NCBI GenBank assembly: GCA_947628825.1
Contig: CANRBH010000004.1
Span: 1 to 62,934, forward strand
Origin: an uncultured Clostridia bacterium
GTDB lineage: Bacteria > Bacillota > Clostridia > TANB77 > CAG-508
Reading direction: 5' to 3'
DNA length: 62,934 nucleotides
Each line of letters starts with the position of its first letter. Position 1 is the stretch's first letter. Below the pieces are notes generated by a model. That model was not told where the DNA came from. It searched no databases and saw nothing but the letters and a program-made list of their open reading frames with translations. This document shows, in pieces, positions 1 through 11,200 of the stretch. The position numbers and the translations under genes were made by a program.

Positions 1-46
1 TAATTTTTTCATTATTTTTTGGTTTGTTGTTTTCATTTTTTTTCAT
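1..46 (-). CDS. hypothetical protein, N-terminal fragment running off the left edge (MKKNENNKPKNNEKI...)
   Basis: ATG at 46 on the minus strand, with GGAG about 10 nt upstream. Only 15 codons are visible. Confidence 0.3.
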   Translation of the reverse strand, partial: MKKNENNKPKNNEKI

Positions 47-75
47 TTTCTTTTTACTCCTTCCTTTTTGAAGGC

Positions 76-106
76 AAAATAAAAAATCTAATATTTCTAT
101 TAGATT
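76..106 (-). terminator. intrinsic terminator after the ruvB-queH unit
   Basis: Perfect 9-bp stem aatctaata/tattagatt (85-93 / 98-106) with a 4-nt loop. On the minus strand it is followed by TTTTATTTT. Confidence 0.6.
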
Positions 107-146
107 TCTTATATATGTTAGATATTATTTCAATAACTATAATATT

Positions 147-1181
147 TTATTTTTTCTTTAAATCTTTTGAATAATATATTAAATCAGTACAAGTTAGTTC
201 TCCATCTTTTATTTCTTCTTTATAATTATCTATAAAGAAGTTCTTAATTGTTTTTTCGTATTTATCAAATCCCTGCTTAACATAGAAAGGAATATTATTC
301 TCTGTTGTTCCTACCAACATTCTGTCATATTTTTGTTTATAATTACCACATAATGATTTTAAAAGTGTTTTTGCATAACCTTTATTTCTGTAATTTTCTT
401 TTGTAACTATGTTCTTTAACTCTAATGTTTTTCTATCAATGTGCAAAATAACTGCAATAGAAATTAGCTCATCTTCTTTTTTTAATGCATATACATCAGA
501 ATCGTTCAAATACTTATGTATCATGTCTTTTGAAGGATCTGCCTCTAAAAGTAAGTCTATATAATCTTCTTTATTTTCTATTTTTTTAACCTGCATTCTA
601 GGTTCTTTTGGTATCTCGTAACCATTGTTATTACTGGTTTGTATAGGATTGCGGTTATAATATCTCATCTCCTCCGAGAAAATACACCCGCAATATTTTT
701 GCATATATAGTCCAAGCTCTTTTGCTTTGTTATGTCCTTCCCAGAATCCTTCTCTAAAATCTCTATATACAAACTCTATTCCATATTCTTTTGAAAGTTT
801 TTCCATATAACTTTTTATGAATTCGTGATTTTGATAAATGCTGTATAAAAGAGTAGTTGATACTGCATCATATCCATTTTCTTTTGCATATTCAAAAGTT
901 CTTTTTAATCTTACTGGATAACAATAATTTACGCATCTTGCTTTTAAATCTTTTACCGCTTCTTCGCAAAATTCGTCTAAACCATAGTTTTCTTCAAAAA
1001 TTGCATTTACATTTATACTCTTTGTATATTCTTTTAAACAATCTCTCCTAGCTCTATATTCTGTGTATGGATGTATATTTGGATTGAACCAATACACAGT
1101 TGGCTCAATTCCTTCTTCTCTTAATTTGTCTATACAATATACACTACAAGGTGCACAACAAGTATGTAATAATAATTTCAT
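147..1181 (-). CDS. queH: epoxyqueuosine reductase QueH (DUF208) fused to a C-terminal GNAT acetyltransferase domain
   Basis: The N-terminus [13 protein letters not shown]...NIHPYTEY...YCGCIFSE is the QueH Cys signature. The C-terminal ~140 aa carry a GNAT-like [11 protein letters not shown] motif. The start overlaps the ruvB stop by 4 nt. Confidence 0.8.
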   Translation of the reverse strand: MKLLLHTCCAPCSVYCIDKLREEGIEPTVYWFNPNIHPYTEYRARRDCLKEYTKSINVNAIFEENYGLDEFCEEAVKDLKARCVNYCYPVRLKRTFEYAKENGYDAVSTTLLYSIYQNHEFIKSYMEKLSKEYGIEFVYRDFREGFWEGHNKAKELGLYMQKYCGCIFSEEMRYYNRNPIQTSNNNGYEIPKEPRMQVKKIENKEDYIDLLLEADPSKDMIHKYLNDSDVYALKKEDELISIAVILHIDRKTLELKNIVTKENYRNKGYAKTLLKSLCGNYKQKYDRMLVGTTENNIPFYVKQGFDKYEKTIKNFFIDNYKEEIKDGELTCTDLIYYSKDLKKK

Positions 1182-2206
1182 CTATTCTCCCCTCTATAAT
1201 CTATTCCTAAATGTTTGTACGCTGCTGGAAGTGCTACTCTTCCTCTAGTAGTTCTTGCTACAAATCCTATTTGTATTAAATATGGCTCATAAACGTCTTC
1301 TATTGTAGAAACTTCTTCTCCTAATGATGTTGCTAAGCTATCAACTCCAACAGGTCTTCCTTGATATTTATTTATTAGTGTATCTAATAATCTTTTATCA
1401 ATAGAATCTAATCCAATGTCATCTATTTCTAATTTATTAAGTGATATTTTGGCTATCTCTAAGTTAATATCTCCATTTCCTAATACCGAGGCATAATCTC
1501 TAACTCTCTTTAGTAACCTGTTTGCAATTCTTGGAGTTCCTCTTGACCTTTTTGCAATTTCCATTGCAGCATCTTCATCAATATTTATATCCAAAATGCT
1601 TGCTGACCTTTTTATAATTGTTTTTAAATCTTCTGGCTCATAAAGTTCTAGTCTTTCTACAATACCAAATCTATCTCTTAGAGGCGTTGTTAAAGAACCT
1701 GCTTTAGTTGTTGCTCCTATTAATGTGAATTTAGGTAAGTCCAGTCTTATTGACTTTGCTGTTGGTCCTTTTCCAATAATAATATCCAATGTAAAATCTT
1801 CTAATGCTGGATATAAAATTTCCTCAACATTCTTATTTAATCTGTGTATTTCATCTATAAAAAGAACATCAAATTCTGATAAGTTGGTAAGTAATGCTGC
1901 TAAATCACCAGCTTTCTCTATTGCAGGACCTGATGTTATTTTTATTTTTGAATTCATTTCATTTGAAATAATATTTGCTAATGTAGTTTTTCCAAGTCCT
2001 GGAGGTCCATATAGCAAAACATGGTCAAGAGGCTCGCGTCTAATTTTAGCGGCCTCTATGTATACTTTCATATTTTCTTTAACTTTAGTTTGTCCAATAT
2101 ATTCCTTTAGAAACTTTGGCCTTAAAACATTTTCTTGTTTTTCCTCAACTTCATTTTCTAGACTTGGATTTACTATATCATTCTTCTCCATCTTCATTCT
2201 CCACAT
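1178..2206 (-). CDS. ruvB: Holliday junction branch migration helicase RuvB
   Basis: [12 protein letters not shown]...[14 protein letters not shown]...FIDEIHRL matches RuvB. The likely true start is the ATG at 2191 (MEKND), which has GGAG 7 nt upstream. Confidence 0.95.
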   Translation of the reverse strand: MWRMKMEKNDIVNPSLENEVEEKQENVLRPKFLKEYIGQTKVKENMKVYIEAAKIRREPLDHVLLYGPPGLGKTTLANIISNEMNSKIKITSGPAIEKAGDLAALLTNLSEFDVLFIDEIHRLNKNVEEILYPALEDFTLDIIIGKGPTAKSIRLDLPKFTLIGATTKAGSLTTPLRDRFGIVERLELYEPEDLKTIIKRSASILDINIDEDAAMEIAKRSRGTPRIANRLLKRVRDYASVLGNGDINLEIAKISLNKLEIDDIGLDSIDKRLLDTLINKYQGRPVGVDSLATSLGEEVSTIEDVYEPYLIQIGFVARTTRGRVALPAAYKHLGIDYRGENR

Positions 2207-3323
2207 ATTTATCTTCTAGCAACATTTCTCTTCTCTTGTTTTGCTTTAATATTTCTTTATTGTATTTTTTTATTTGTTTACTTCCTAATCCTAAGATTGC
2301 AGCTATAATAAATGCTAATGATAGAGCTTTCCATATGCCATCGTTTATTAAAATAACTGTAAATAATCCTATTGAAGCACTTATACAATATAAGATATAA
2401 ACAGCCTGCTTTTGAGTATATCCTTTTTTCATAATTCTATGATGTAAATGACCTCTATCTGCATTAAATACAGCTTTAAATGATTTTCCTTTAATAACTC
2501 TTCTAATTATTGCAAATAGTGTATCAAATATTGGAAGTCCTAATACTAAAACTGGTGCAATTAAAACAACAAGAGTAACAGTTTTAGCAACTCCTAAGAT
2601 TGCTATAACAGACATTGAAAATCCTAAGAATTGTGCTCCAACGTCTCCAATAAAGGTTTTAGCTGGGTTTGCATTGTATGGGAAAAATCCTAATATTGCA
2701 CCTGCTAAAGCGGTTATTAAAACTATTGAAATTACTGGTGAATCATTTGTTGCAAATATAAGTAGTAAAAATATACACGAGATTAAGGTTATTCCTGAAG
2801 ATAGTCCATCTAATCCATCAATTAAGTTTATGGCATTTGTTATTCCTACTATCCATCCAACTGTAAGAATGAAACTGATTGGTTCTGGCAAAAGCCTTCC
2901 ACTTATATCTTCTATCCTTATTCCAAAAGAATATATTATAATTGCAGATATAATTTGTGCTATTAGCTTTTGAATTGGTTTTAAATCTTTTACATCATCT
3001 AAAAAAGCAAATATACCTAAAAAGATTATTCCTATTAAGAATCCTAATAGCTTAGTTTTATAATTTTCTGTGTCATTTAAATCAATTTTTCCTTCTATTG
3101 ACATAGAAATTATTAGATACAGTGCTGATACAATAAAACCTGCTATAACTGCTAGTCCGCCTATTCTAGGCATTGGTTTTTTATTTACCCTTCTATCATC
3201 TGGCATATCTATTGCCCCAACTTTTTTAGCAAGCTTTATCGTATAAGGTGTAACTACAAAAGAAGTTATACAAGCTAACAAAAATGCAATTGCAATATCT
3301 CCCCACATAACTATTTCCTCCAT
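2178..3323 (-). CDS. undecaprenyl-phosphate N-acetylhexosamine-1-phosphate transferase (MraY/WecA/TagO family, GT4 fold)
   Basis: Polytopic membrane protein with [24 protein letters not shown] and DRGHLHHR motifs. Confidence 0.85.
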   Translation of the reverse strand: MEEIVMWGDIAIAFLLACITSFVVTPYTIKLAKKVGAIDMPDDRRVNKKPMPRIGGLAVIAGFIVSALYLIISMSIEGKIDLNDTENYKTKLLGFLIGIIFLGIFAFLDDVKDLKPIQKLIAQIISAIIIYSFGIRIEDISGRLLPEPISFILTVGWIVGITNAINLIDGLDGLSSGITLISCIFLLLIFATNDSPVISIVLITALAGAILGFFPYNANPAKTFIGDVGAQFLGFSMSVIAILGVAKTVTLVVLIAPVLVLGLPIFDTLFAIIRRVIKGKSFKAVFNADRGHLHHRIMKKGYTQKQAVYILYCISASIGLFTVILINDGIWKALSLAFIIAAILGLGSKQIKKYNKEILKQNKRREMLLEDKYVENEDGEE

Positions 3324-3378
3324 TATTATTCTACATTTAAAATTCTATTATAATATATGAAATCATTGGTATAAAATT

Positions 3379-4326
3379 TTAGTTTTCATTTGTTTCTCTT
3401 TTTCCGTTATATTCTTTTATTAAATATAATGGTCTATTTTTTGTTTCGTTAAATATTCTTCCTAAATATTCTCCTACAATTCCAAATAATAATATTTGAA
3501 TTCCAGAGAAAAATAATACTAAAAGGATTATTGCTTGAAATGCTTGAATTACAACACCTTCAATGCAACATTTTGCTATTACGTATATGAAATATATAAC
3601 TAATGCCATAAATGTTGGTATTGCAATATATGTAGATATTCTAAGTGGTGATGTAGTAAATGAAGTTATTCCATCTATTGCTAAATTAACTAGTTTTCTA
3701 TAATTCCACTTAGTTTGTCCAGCTACTCTTGGATCCCTGTTATAATAAATAGCTTTTTTATTATATCCTATCCAACTAAACATACTTTTTGAACATCTTT
3801 GAGATTCCCTTAATTTTTTTAATGCATTAACGCATCTTCTATCTAATAATCTGAAATCTCCTGTGTCCTTTTGAATTTCGACATTTGTCAAGGTTTGAAG
3901 CAATCTATAATACATCTTAGATGTGAATTTTTTAAGCCAAGTTTCGCCTTTTCTAGATTTTCTTTGAGCATATACATCATCATAGCCTTGTTCCCAATAT
4001 TCTATCATTTTAGGAATCAATTCTGGCGGATCTTGCAAGTCAGCATCCATAAATATAACAGCATCACCTTGTGCATAATCTAATCCTGCAATCATGGCTA
4101 TTTCTTTTCCGAAGTTTCTTGAAAAGTCTACATATGAAATTCTTTTATCTTTTTCTCTGTATTCCTTAATTAAGTCAATAGTCTTATCTTTTGATCCATC
4201 ATTTACAAAAAGTATTTCAAATTCATAGTTTTCTATACTATTTATTAACTTTTCCATTCTCTCATATAAAAATGGTAAAGAATCTTGTTCATTATATGCT
4301 GGAATTATTATTGTGATTTTTTTCAT
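3379..4326 (-). CDS. polyprenyl-phosphate glycosyltransferase (GT2, GtrB/CsbB/ArnC-like)
   Basis: IIIPAYNE...VNDGSKD...MDADLQDPPE followed by two C-terminal TM helices. This architecture is typical of bactoprenol-sugar synthases. Confidence 0.85.
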   Translation of the reverse strand: MKKITIIIPAYNEQDSLPFLYERMEKLINSIENYEFEILFVNDGSKDKTIDLIKEYREKDKRISYVDFSRNFGKEIAMIAGLDYAQGDAVIFMDADLQDPPELIPKMIEYWEQGYDDVYAQRKSRKGETWLKKFTSKMYYRLLQTLTNVEIQKDTGDFRLLDRRCVNALKKLRESQRCSKSMFSWIGYNKKAIYYNRDPRVAGQTKWNYRKLVNLAIDGITSFTTSPLRISTYIAIPTFMALVIYFIYVIAKCCIEGVVIQAFQAIILLVLFFSGIQILLFGIVGEYLGRIFNETKNRPLYLIKEYNGKRETNEN

Positions 4327-4335
4327 TTTTTACTT

Positions 4336-4364
4336 ATGTTAGTCTTAGTTCTAACATTTCCTCC
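4336..4364 (-). promoter_or_regulatory. SD-hairpin-AUG leader module (GGAGG-AA-AUGUUAG-loop-CUAACAU-AAGUAAAAA-AUG)
   Basis: GGAGG at 4360-4364 is the only SD-like sequence. A 7-bp stem (4351-4357 / 4336-4342) lies between it and the ATG at 4326. Confidence 0.5.
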
Positions 4365-4405
4365 TTTTAAATAATTTATATTATCTAACATATCCTATGT
4401 TATTT

Positions 4406-5983
4406 TTAGGATTTATCTTTTGCAACATAATTTTTTTCTACTTTATTTCTCTTTAAGATATTTCTTATATTAAATTTGGTTTTATTTATTTCTACAGCTG
4501 CAATAGGCATAAGAACAACAATATATGGAATGATATATCTTGATTTTGCTTCCCATATTATATGAAATAAAAATCCTCCAATGAATATTGTCAAAAGTAA
4601 TATAAGTTCATTTGATAAATTTTTTCTATTTTGTATTAATACAATTATACTACATCCAAATATTATAAACATCAATGCTTTTTGCCATTTTAATTGAAAA
4701 ACTTCTAAATTAGTTAATCCTTGATTTTCTCCATCAAACACAGCTACATTATTTTCATTATATTTAAATCGATTACGTATTGATGAATGAGCATTTTCTG
4801 TCCACATTGAACACAATTTTGTTAGATAAAATTTAAATGTATAAGAAGGATTATTTTTAAAATAATTTAATCTTTCTTTTATTAAATCAATATATATTGC
4901 ATTAGAATGTTCAAATTCATGATATCCATAATATGCATATTTATAAGAATACCACCCTGCTGAATAATCAGATTCAGTCATTCCCATAACACAATATCCT
5001 AACGTTGGAAAGCTCTTGTTTTTGTCAAGTCCCTCTTTTGATAAAAAATAATTTTTTACTAATGTTGCTGGCATAATTGTAAATACTATAAAACATAATA
5101 TCGCCACTATTTTTGTTAAAATTACTTTAGCATTTTCTTTATTATTTATTAAATCTAAAAATAAATATATTATTATTGCTAAAATAAATATTAGGCTATT
5201 CATTCTAAGCATATAAGAAATTGCCATTGAGATAATTGAAAATATTAGATACTTCCATTTTCTTTCTCCACAATACCTCATAATAAAGTATGTTCCAAGC
5301 ATTGCAAATCCTAATCCTGAACAATCTCCATATATAAAAGTTGATAAAAGTGGTATTGATACAAAAGTTATTATTAGTGCTAATGCTAAATATTTATTTA
5401 CTGAATATTTTTTAGATAATTCCTTGCATATCATAAATATTGATATGACAGTAATAGCATTACAAAAAACATTAAAATATTCTATAATTACTAAATTTGT
5501 GGAATGTGTAATTCTAAAAAGAATACTCCAAATAAATGCTAAAGTAAATTGTTGAGAATAACGTTCCACGTAAACATTATTGGTAACGCCACCTTGATAC
5601 GTTGTACCTGTATTTAGAAATTCTTCAATATTGTTATTTACCATAGCGACTGCTAAACCATAAGTAGTCTTCTGGTCTGCATGAGGCTCTTCATTACTAT
5701 ATTTAATTCCAAATATTTGAGCAATTACATAAATAAAAATTACTAATCCTAAAATCAAATATTTCTTTTTTATTTCACTAGATTTTTCTTTAAGTTCTTT
5801 GCATCCTATTAGTATTACTGATGAAATTAAGAGTGTAGTTATTAATGTCAAAAATGTATTTGTACATACACCCACTACTTCATTTTGCATCATGTATGAT
5901 GTATATATAAGATTTAAGGTAAATACAATTATTAAAAATGCCAAACCTATAAAATAAATGATTTTCTTTAAAACTTTATTCAT
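4406..5983 (-). CDS. polytopic membrane glycosyltransferase, GT-C type (ArnT/PMT/YfhO-like partner of the CsbB-like enzyme)
   Basis: 525 aa with more than 10 predicted TM segments. It lies directly upstream of the GtrB/CsbB-like gene. The assignment rests on architecture and context only. Confidence 0.55.
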   Translation of the reverse strand: MNKVLKKIIYFIGLAFLIIVFTLNLIYTSYMMQNEVVGVCTNTFLTLITTLLISSVILIGCKELKEKSSEIKKKYLILGLVIFIYVIAQIFGIKYSNEEPHADQKTTYGLAVAMVNNNIEEFLNTGTTYQGGVTNNVYVERYSQQFTLAFIWSILFRITHSTNLVIIEYFNVFCNAITVISIFMICKELSKKYSVNKYLALALIITFVSIPLLSTFIYGDCSGLGFAMLGTYFIMRYCGERKWKYLIFSIISMAISYMLRMNSLIFILAIIIYLFLDLINNKENAKVILTKIVAILCFIVFTIMPATLVKNYFLSKEGLDKNKSFPTLGYCVMGMTESDYSAGWYSYKYAYYGYHEFEHSNAIYIDLIKERLNYFKNNPSYTFKFYLTKLCSMWTENAHSSIRNRFKYNENNVAVFDGENQGLTNLEVFQLKWQKALMFIIFGCSIIVLIQNRKNLSNELILLLTIFIGGFLFHIIWEAKSRYIIPYIVVLMPIAAVEINKTKFNIRNILKRNKVEKNYVAKDKS

Positions 5984-5997
5984 TGGTTACCTCTTCT

Positions 5998-8235
5998 TTA
6001 TAAGTTAATTGATTTCTTTAGTTTGTGTAATACTGATATTATAAATCTGTATGGTGCAAAGTTCCACATCTTTTCTTTATATAATGCTAATCTGTAATTT
6101 TCTCCATAAGAATAATAATTTCTATAATTATTAACCTTCCATATGTAGTTATTTTTCAATTCAAGAAAAGTTTTAGTTATTAGTTCCATACAAACGTTTT
6201 CTTGTTTTAATAATTCTTTTCCATTATCTATTTTTTCTACACTTGGTTCTTCTACAACTTTTTCAAATATACTTGAAATATTTTTTATCATATTATCTAA
6301 CGAGAAATTTTTTGAAACTCTATCTCTACATTTTCCTTTATATTTTGATAAGTTACTTATCATATCTTTTATTGCTAAAACATAGTTTTCTATCTCTTCA
6401 TCTTTGTAATTATAATTATTAATCTCTTTTTCATCTTGCAAACATGAAACAATTATTCCCACTTCATTATTTATAAGTTCTTTTTGCCCTCCAACATCAC
6501 TTGATATAACTGGAACATCCATAGCTAAAGACTCATAAGATGAAATAGATAGTCCTTCTTTAATTGAACAATTAATCGTAATATCACACATACTATAGAT
6601 TTCTTGAATTTTATCAATGTTTCCTAAAAACATTATATCATCTGATATTCCCATAGCATCTGATTTGTTTTTCATATCATTAAGCAAATTGCCGTCTCCT
6701 GCAACTATAAATAGATAGTCATTATTGTGTAATTTTTTTATTATCTCTAATAATAGAAATGGTCTTTTTTGCTCAGTGATTCTACATATATATCCTATAA
6801 TTTTTTTGTCTTTTGGAACATTATATTTTTCTTTAATCTCATCTTTATTGTATTTTTCCGGATCAAATTCTTTTTCATCTACTCCAATATAAACAGTTTC
6901 AACTTCATCTGGTTTCCTTTTATATTTTTCAAGTAGTACTTTTCTACTATTTTTATTACAGGTTAGTGTTTTATCTATCACTGAACAAACAGCACTTGAA
7001 TCTCTTGAATATCCACCATTTCTATTATACCATTCTTCCATATGTACATAATCTATTATTGGTATATTAGAATAGTTTGCTTTAATAAGTGGCAAAAAAG
7101 AATATCCTACTTCACTATTTGAGTTTATAATTAAATTAATATTGTTTTTTTGTATTATATAACTTACAAAAGCATACCAATATTTTTGATTTAAAAAACT
7201 TGTTAAATCATATACTGTGCTATATTTTTCAAATTGTTGTCTTAAAGTATTTATATTTATTTCAGTTGTAATTACTGTTACATTATATTTTTCTTTATCT
7301 AATCTTTTTATTAGTTCTAAATTAAACTTATCAGCTCCGCCAGTAATCATCCACGGTATTATCATAAGTAAATTTATTTTTTCATCTTTGTTTTTTTCTG
7401 GAATTACTATACTTTCAAAGTCTTTAATAATTTTATCATAATTATAATCAAATCTTGGATATTGAATAGCTTCTACTCTATTTTTAATAGTTTTTGAAGT
7501 ATTATTTATAATTTCTAAAGCTCTTTTTTTATTTTCCTTAGACTTAACAAGTTCTCCACTATCTTTTCTTCTATACCATTGTCCATAGTAACTCATATGA
7601 ACTGGATATTTACCTTTTGCAATTAGTTTTAACCATAGATTCCAGTCTTCATTAACCTTTTTTTCCTTAAGTTCATACCCATTTACTTCAAAAAAATCTT
7701 CTTTTCTAATCATTGCTGCAGATATCAAGTCGTTGACTTTCTTCATTTTATCTGAATCAAACCATTTGTTCCAAGTATATGTTAGCTTATCAAATCCTAT
7801 TGAATCAGAATATGTCCAACTTGCATCTTTATTAGTTTCTAAAGTCCAATATCCACATTCTAAAAACGTCTTTTCTATTAAATCATCAGAGTCTATAAAC
7901 ATAAGATATTTTGTTTTTTTAGAAGCTTTAGCAGCACCATAATCTCTTGTTGCTGCTAATCCTTCGTTTTGTTTATGAAATATTTTAATTCTTTCATCCA
8001 AGCTTTTTATTTCTTCAAGTTTATCTAAACTTTTTTTATCTTTTGAACCATCATCTATAATTAGTAGTTCGAAATATGGATACGTCTGATTTAGTATACT
8101 GTTAACTGTTTGCTCTATATATTCTACGTCATTGTAAAATGGTACTATTACAGATATTTCTGGTTCTTTATAATTGTATTTTTCTTTAATTAATAATTTG
8201 CCTGGTTCTAAATTAAAATCAAAATACTCATTCAT
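5998..8235 (-). CDS. bifunctional glycosyltransferase (N-terminal GT2, C-terminal GT4/GT1-fold)
   Basis: N-terminal ISVIVPFYND...IIDDGSKD...IDSDD. C-terminal EGLSISSYESLAMDVPVISSDVGG (the E-x7-E region of GT4 enzymes). Confidence 0.8.
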   Translation of the reverse strand: MNEYFDFNLEPGKLLIKEKYNYKEPEISVIVPFYNDVEYIEQTVNSILNQTYPYFELLIIDDGSKDKKSLDKLEEIKSLDERIKIFHKQNEGLAATRDYGAAKASKKTKYLMFIDSDDLIEKTFLECGYWTLETNKDASWTYSDSIGFDKLTYTWNKWFDSDKMKKVNDLISAAMIRKEDFFEVNGYELKEKKVNEDWNLWLKLIAKGKYPVHMSYYGQWYRRKDSGELVKSKENKKRALEIINNTSKTIKNRVEAIQYPRFDYNYDKIIKDFESIVIPEKNKDEKINLLMIIPWMITGGADKFNLELIKRLDKEKYNVTVITTEININTLRQQFEKYSTVYDLTSFLNQKYWYAFVSYIIQKNNINLIINSNSEVGYSFLPLIKANYSNIPIIDYVHMEEWYNRNGGYSRDSSAVCSVIDKTLTCNKNSRKVLLEKYKRKPDEVETVYIGVDEKEFDPEKYNKDEIKEKYNVPKDKKIIGYICRITEQKRPFLLLEIIKKLHNNDYLFIVAGDGNLLNDMKNKSDAMGISDDIMFLGNIDKIQEIYSMCDITINCSIKEGLSISSYESLAMDVPVISSDVGGQKELINNEVGIIVSCLQDEKEINNYNYKDEEIENYVLAIKDMISNLSKYKGKCRDRVSKNFSLDNMIKNISSIFEKVVEEPSVEKIDNGKELLKQENVCMELITKTFLELKNNYIWKVNNYRNYYSYGENYRLALYKEKMWNFAPYRFIISVLHKLKKSINL

Positions 8236-8252
8236 AGAATTTTATTCCATCC

Positions 8253-11200
8253 TTAATAAATTTTTAAAATTTCTTTAATTCTTCTTTTTATTGTACTTCT
8301 GTCAAATAAAGCATAATAAATCAATCTAATAAATTTATTTTTATCATTTAAATCAACTACTGGATTATAATTAAGTTTTCCATTTATAAGTAATTTTTCC
8401 ATTGTCTTTTGATTTTTTGCATCTAAATCTTCTTGCATATCATCTATCATTTTTCTAGATTTTCCTGTTCTTATATCATCTTCAAATTCAACTGCAGATA
8501 ATGGTTCTTTATCAATCCTTTTTGCAGAGTTGAAATATCCCATAATTGGTAAAGAAATATAGTAATCTTGATAATATAATAAATCTATATCTTGCTTAAA
8601 AATTTCTATAATATCATCTACAAACTCTAAAGCTGATTTTTGAATTGTTTCAACTATATATTCTACTTGATATTCTGAATTATATTTTTCAAATACTGGT
8701 TTAACTTTATCATTTTTAATATCATATCCTATACAAGAAGGAGCTAGTTTAGAAAGTAGTAATTCGTATGCATTTCCTGTTGCAGTAGGCTTAGCTGGGA
8801 AAAATGTTTTTAAATTAAATTTTCCAACATCAGCATATTCAAGTGCATCATCTCTATTTATATTTAAGAAGAATGTATCAACATTATTTTTACATAATTC
8901 TGATAAATAGAATTCAGGTCTTCCACTATATCCTACATCAAATACTGCTGGTGTTTTTCCTAGAATTCCTTCAAAATATTTTTTTAAGCTTTTTCTTTTT
9001 TTAATATGCTCTTCTTCATCATAAAAATTTTCAACTATTAATTTTATATATTTGTTAAATTCTTCGATATTTTTAAATTTCTTTTCAAAATCTATTTTTT
9101 CTTTTTCGCATAATTTTTTTAATTTATTTTTATCTACATTTACAATATTAGAAATATATTTTATAGTTCCTTCTGGTGTATGCTTTTCTATTTCCAATAT
9201 TTCAGATAGCTTATAAAAATCAAGTTTATCTACTATCATAATTGGAATAAGAGCTTTTCTTGAAACATACATATACTCTTCTTGTGGCATATTCTTATAC
9301 ATTTTTTTCATAATTTTGTATGCTTCCATTATTAAATATCCATCTCTAGCCATAAATGATATTTTTTCATATTTATTTTCTATATTGTTTATTAACCATT
9401 TTGTAACACCAAAAACATACATTCCTAAAGCATAATATCCAATTAAATATGGATCTGCATTAAAATCACTGTTCTCATTAAATTCTCTAAATGGATTGTC
9501 AAAATACTTATTAGCTACTACTGCAAGCATTGTTCTTATTCCCATAAATCTCAATGCTTCTTTATTGTCTTGCCAAAAAGGTAAGCTTGAGAACATCATT
9601 TGAGATAAGTTTCTTGTATATTTTACATCTTTGAAAACGTCTGTAGTTTTTGGTATATGAATTGAGTTAATTCCTAGTTCATGAGGTCTTTTATAATCAG
9701 ATTCATAATTATCTCCAAGATGAATCATTTCATTTGGACTTGCAGATAAATCTTTTAAAGCATATCTATAAAGGTCTCCTGTCCATTTTGTTTTCTTTAC
9801 TTCAGAAGATAAATATAATTTGTAAATTTTATCATATCCATTGTTTTTCAAAATTTCTTTTATAGTTTCTTTTGATAAATACATATCTGAAGTGCATATT
9901 ACTTTTTTACCTGTATCTAACGCTAAAGTATACAATTCATATATTGTATTTCTACGATTACAGAATCTAATTTCGTATTCTTTTTCTTTTTCTTTTAATT
10001 TGTTTAATACGTTCTTATCTATTTCATATAATCTTGCTATAGTGTTATATATTGCGTCTATAGTAATTTCTTGAATATCTGGGTTCTTTTTGTACTGTTC
10101 ATCTCTTGCAATGTTTTCTGATACTACTCTAATTTTAGAAAAATTTATACCAGTTTTACATTTTGAAAGTATTCTGTATTCTTTATCTAGAAATTTAAAT
10201 AAGTCTATAGGCTCAAGAAATGGTCTTACAACTAAAGTATCAAAAATATCAAAACTTACGTATTTAATTTTATCATCTACAACTTGCTTTTTTATCTTTT
10301 CTAAATCATCATTCCATTTTGTTTGAATTGAAGAAAATAAGTCTGGATTTTTTACTTTTTTTCTATTTTTACAATATCCATCCATAGAATCATTTAATTG
10401 TTCTTTTTGTTTTTTAGATATTTTACCTGCTATTTTAATATTATTTCTATGTTGCATACTGTATAAATGTTTCCAGTATTCAAATTGAGTTTTATAGGTA
10501 TTATAAATCTTTTTCTCTTTTAAGAAATTCTCTACAAAATTAAAAGATGTTTTTAAATCTATTATATTTTTTTCAACCTTATCATAAGTTGTGTCTTTTA
10601 CAGATGTAGACGTATTTTCATGTTGGCAATAAAATATTGCATCATTATCTACTTTAGTTACCTTTTTGGCATAATAAAATAGTACTGTTGAAAATGCAAA
10701 GTCTTCTGTCATTATTAACTTTCTGTTCATTTTTTTATAATGTACTTTTGCTTGATTCCATATATCCATTGAATAAATTTTGTTCCATATCGTATGCCAA
10801 GAGAAGTTTAATCCTTCTTGTCTAAAATATTCATCTAAACATTCTTTTCCAGTCAGTTCTTTAAAATTCATTCTAAATAAGTTAAATATTTCTTTTTTTC
10901 CATTATCATATTCTAATACTGTATTACCTATTACTATATCAGAACCATTTTCTTCTGCATTGTTTACTAATGTTCTGTAAAAGTCTACACTTGCATAATC
11001 ATCTGCATCAAGAAACGCAATATAATCTCCTGTTGCATTTTCAGATCCAGTTAATCTTGCTTGGAATAATCCCTTATTTGAATTATGTTTTACATACTTT
11101 ATTCTTTTATCTTTTTTCTTATATTCTTCTACTATTTCATCACTATTTCCTTGTGAAGCATCATTTACTACTATTATTTCTATGTTCTTATATGTTTGAT

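Noticed and set aside
4336-4357. Mini-ORFs starting at the AUG inside the SD-proximal hairpins (MLELRLT* at 4357; MLA* at 35835) as leader peptides.
   Set aside because: The SD-to-AUG spacing is only 2 nt. The two peptides differ in length and sequence, while the stem nucleotides are identical. Conservation is therefore at the RNA/DNA level, not the peptide level.
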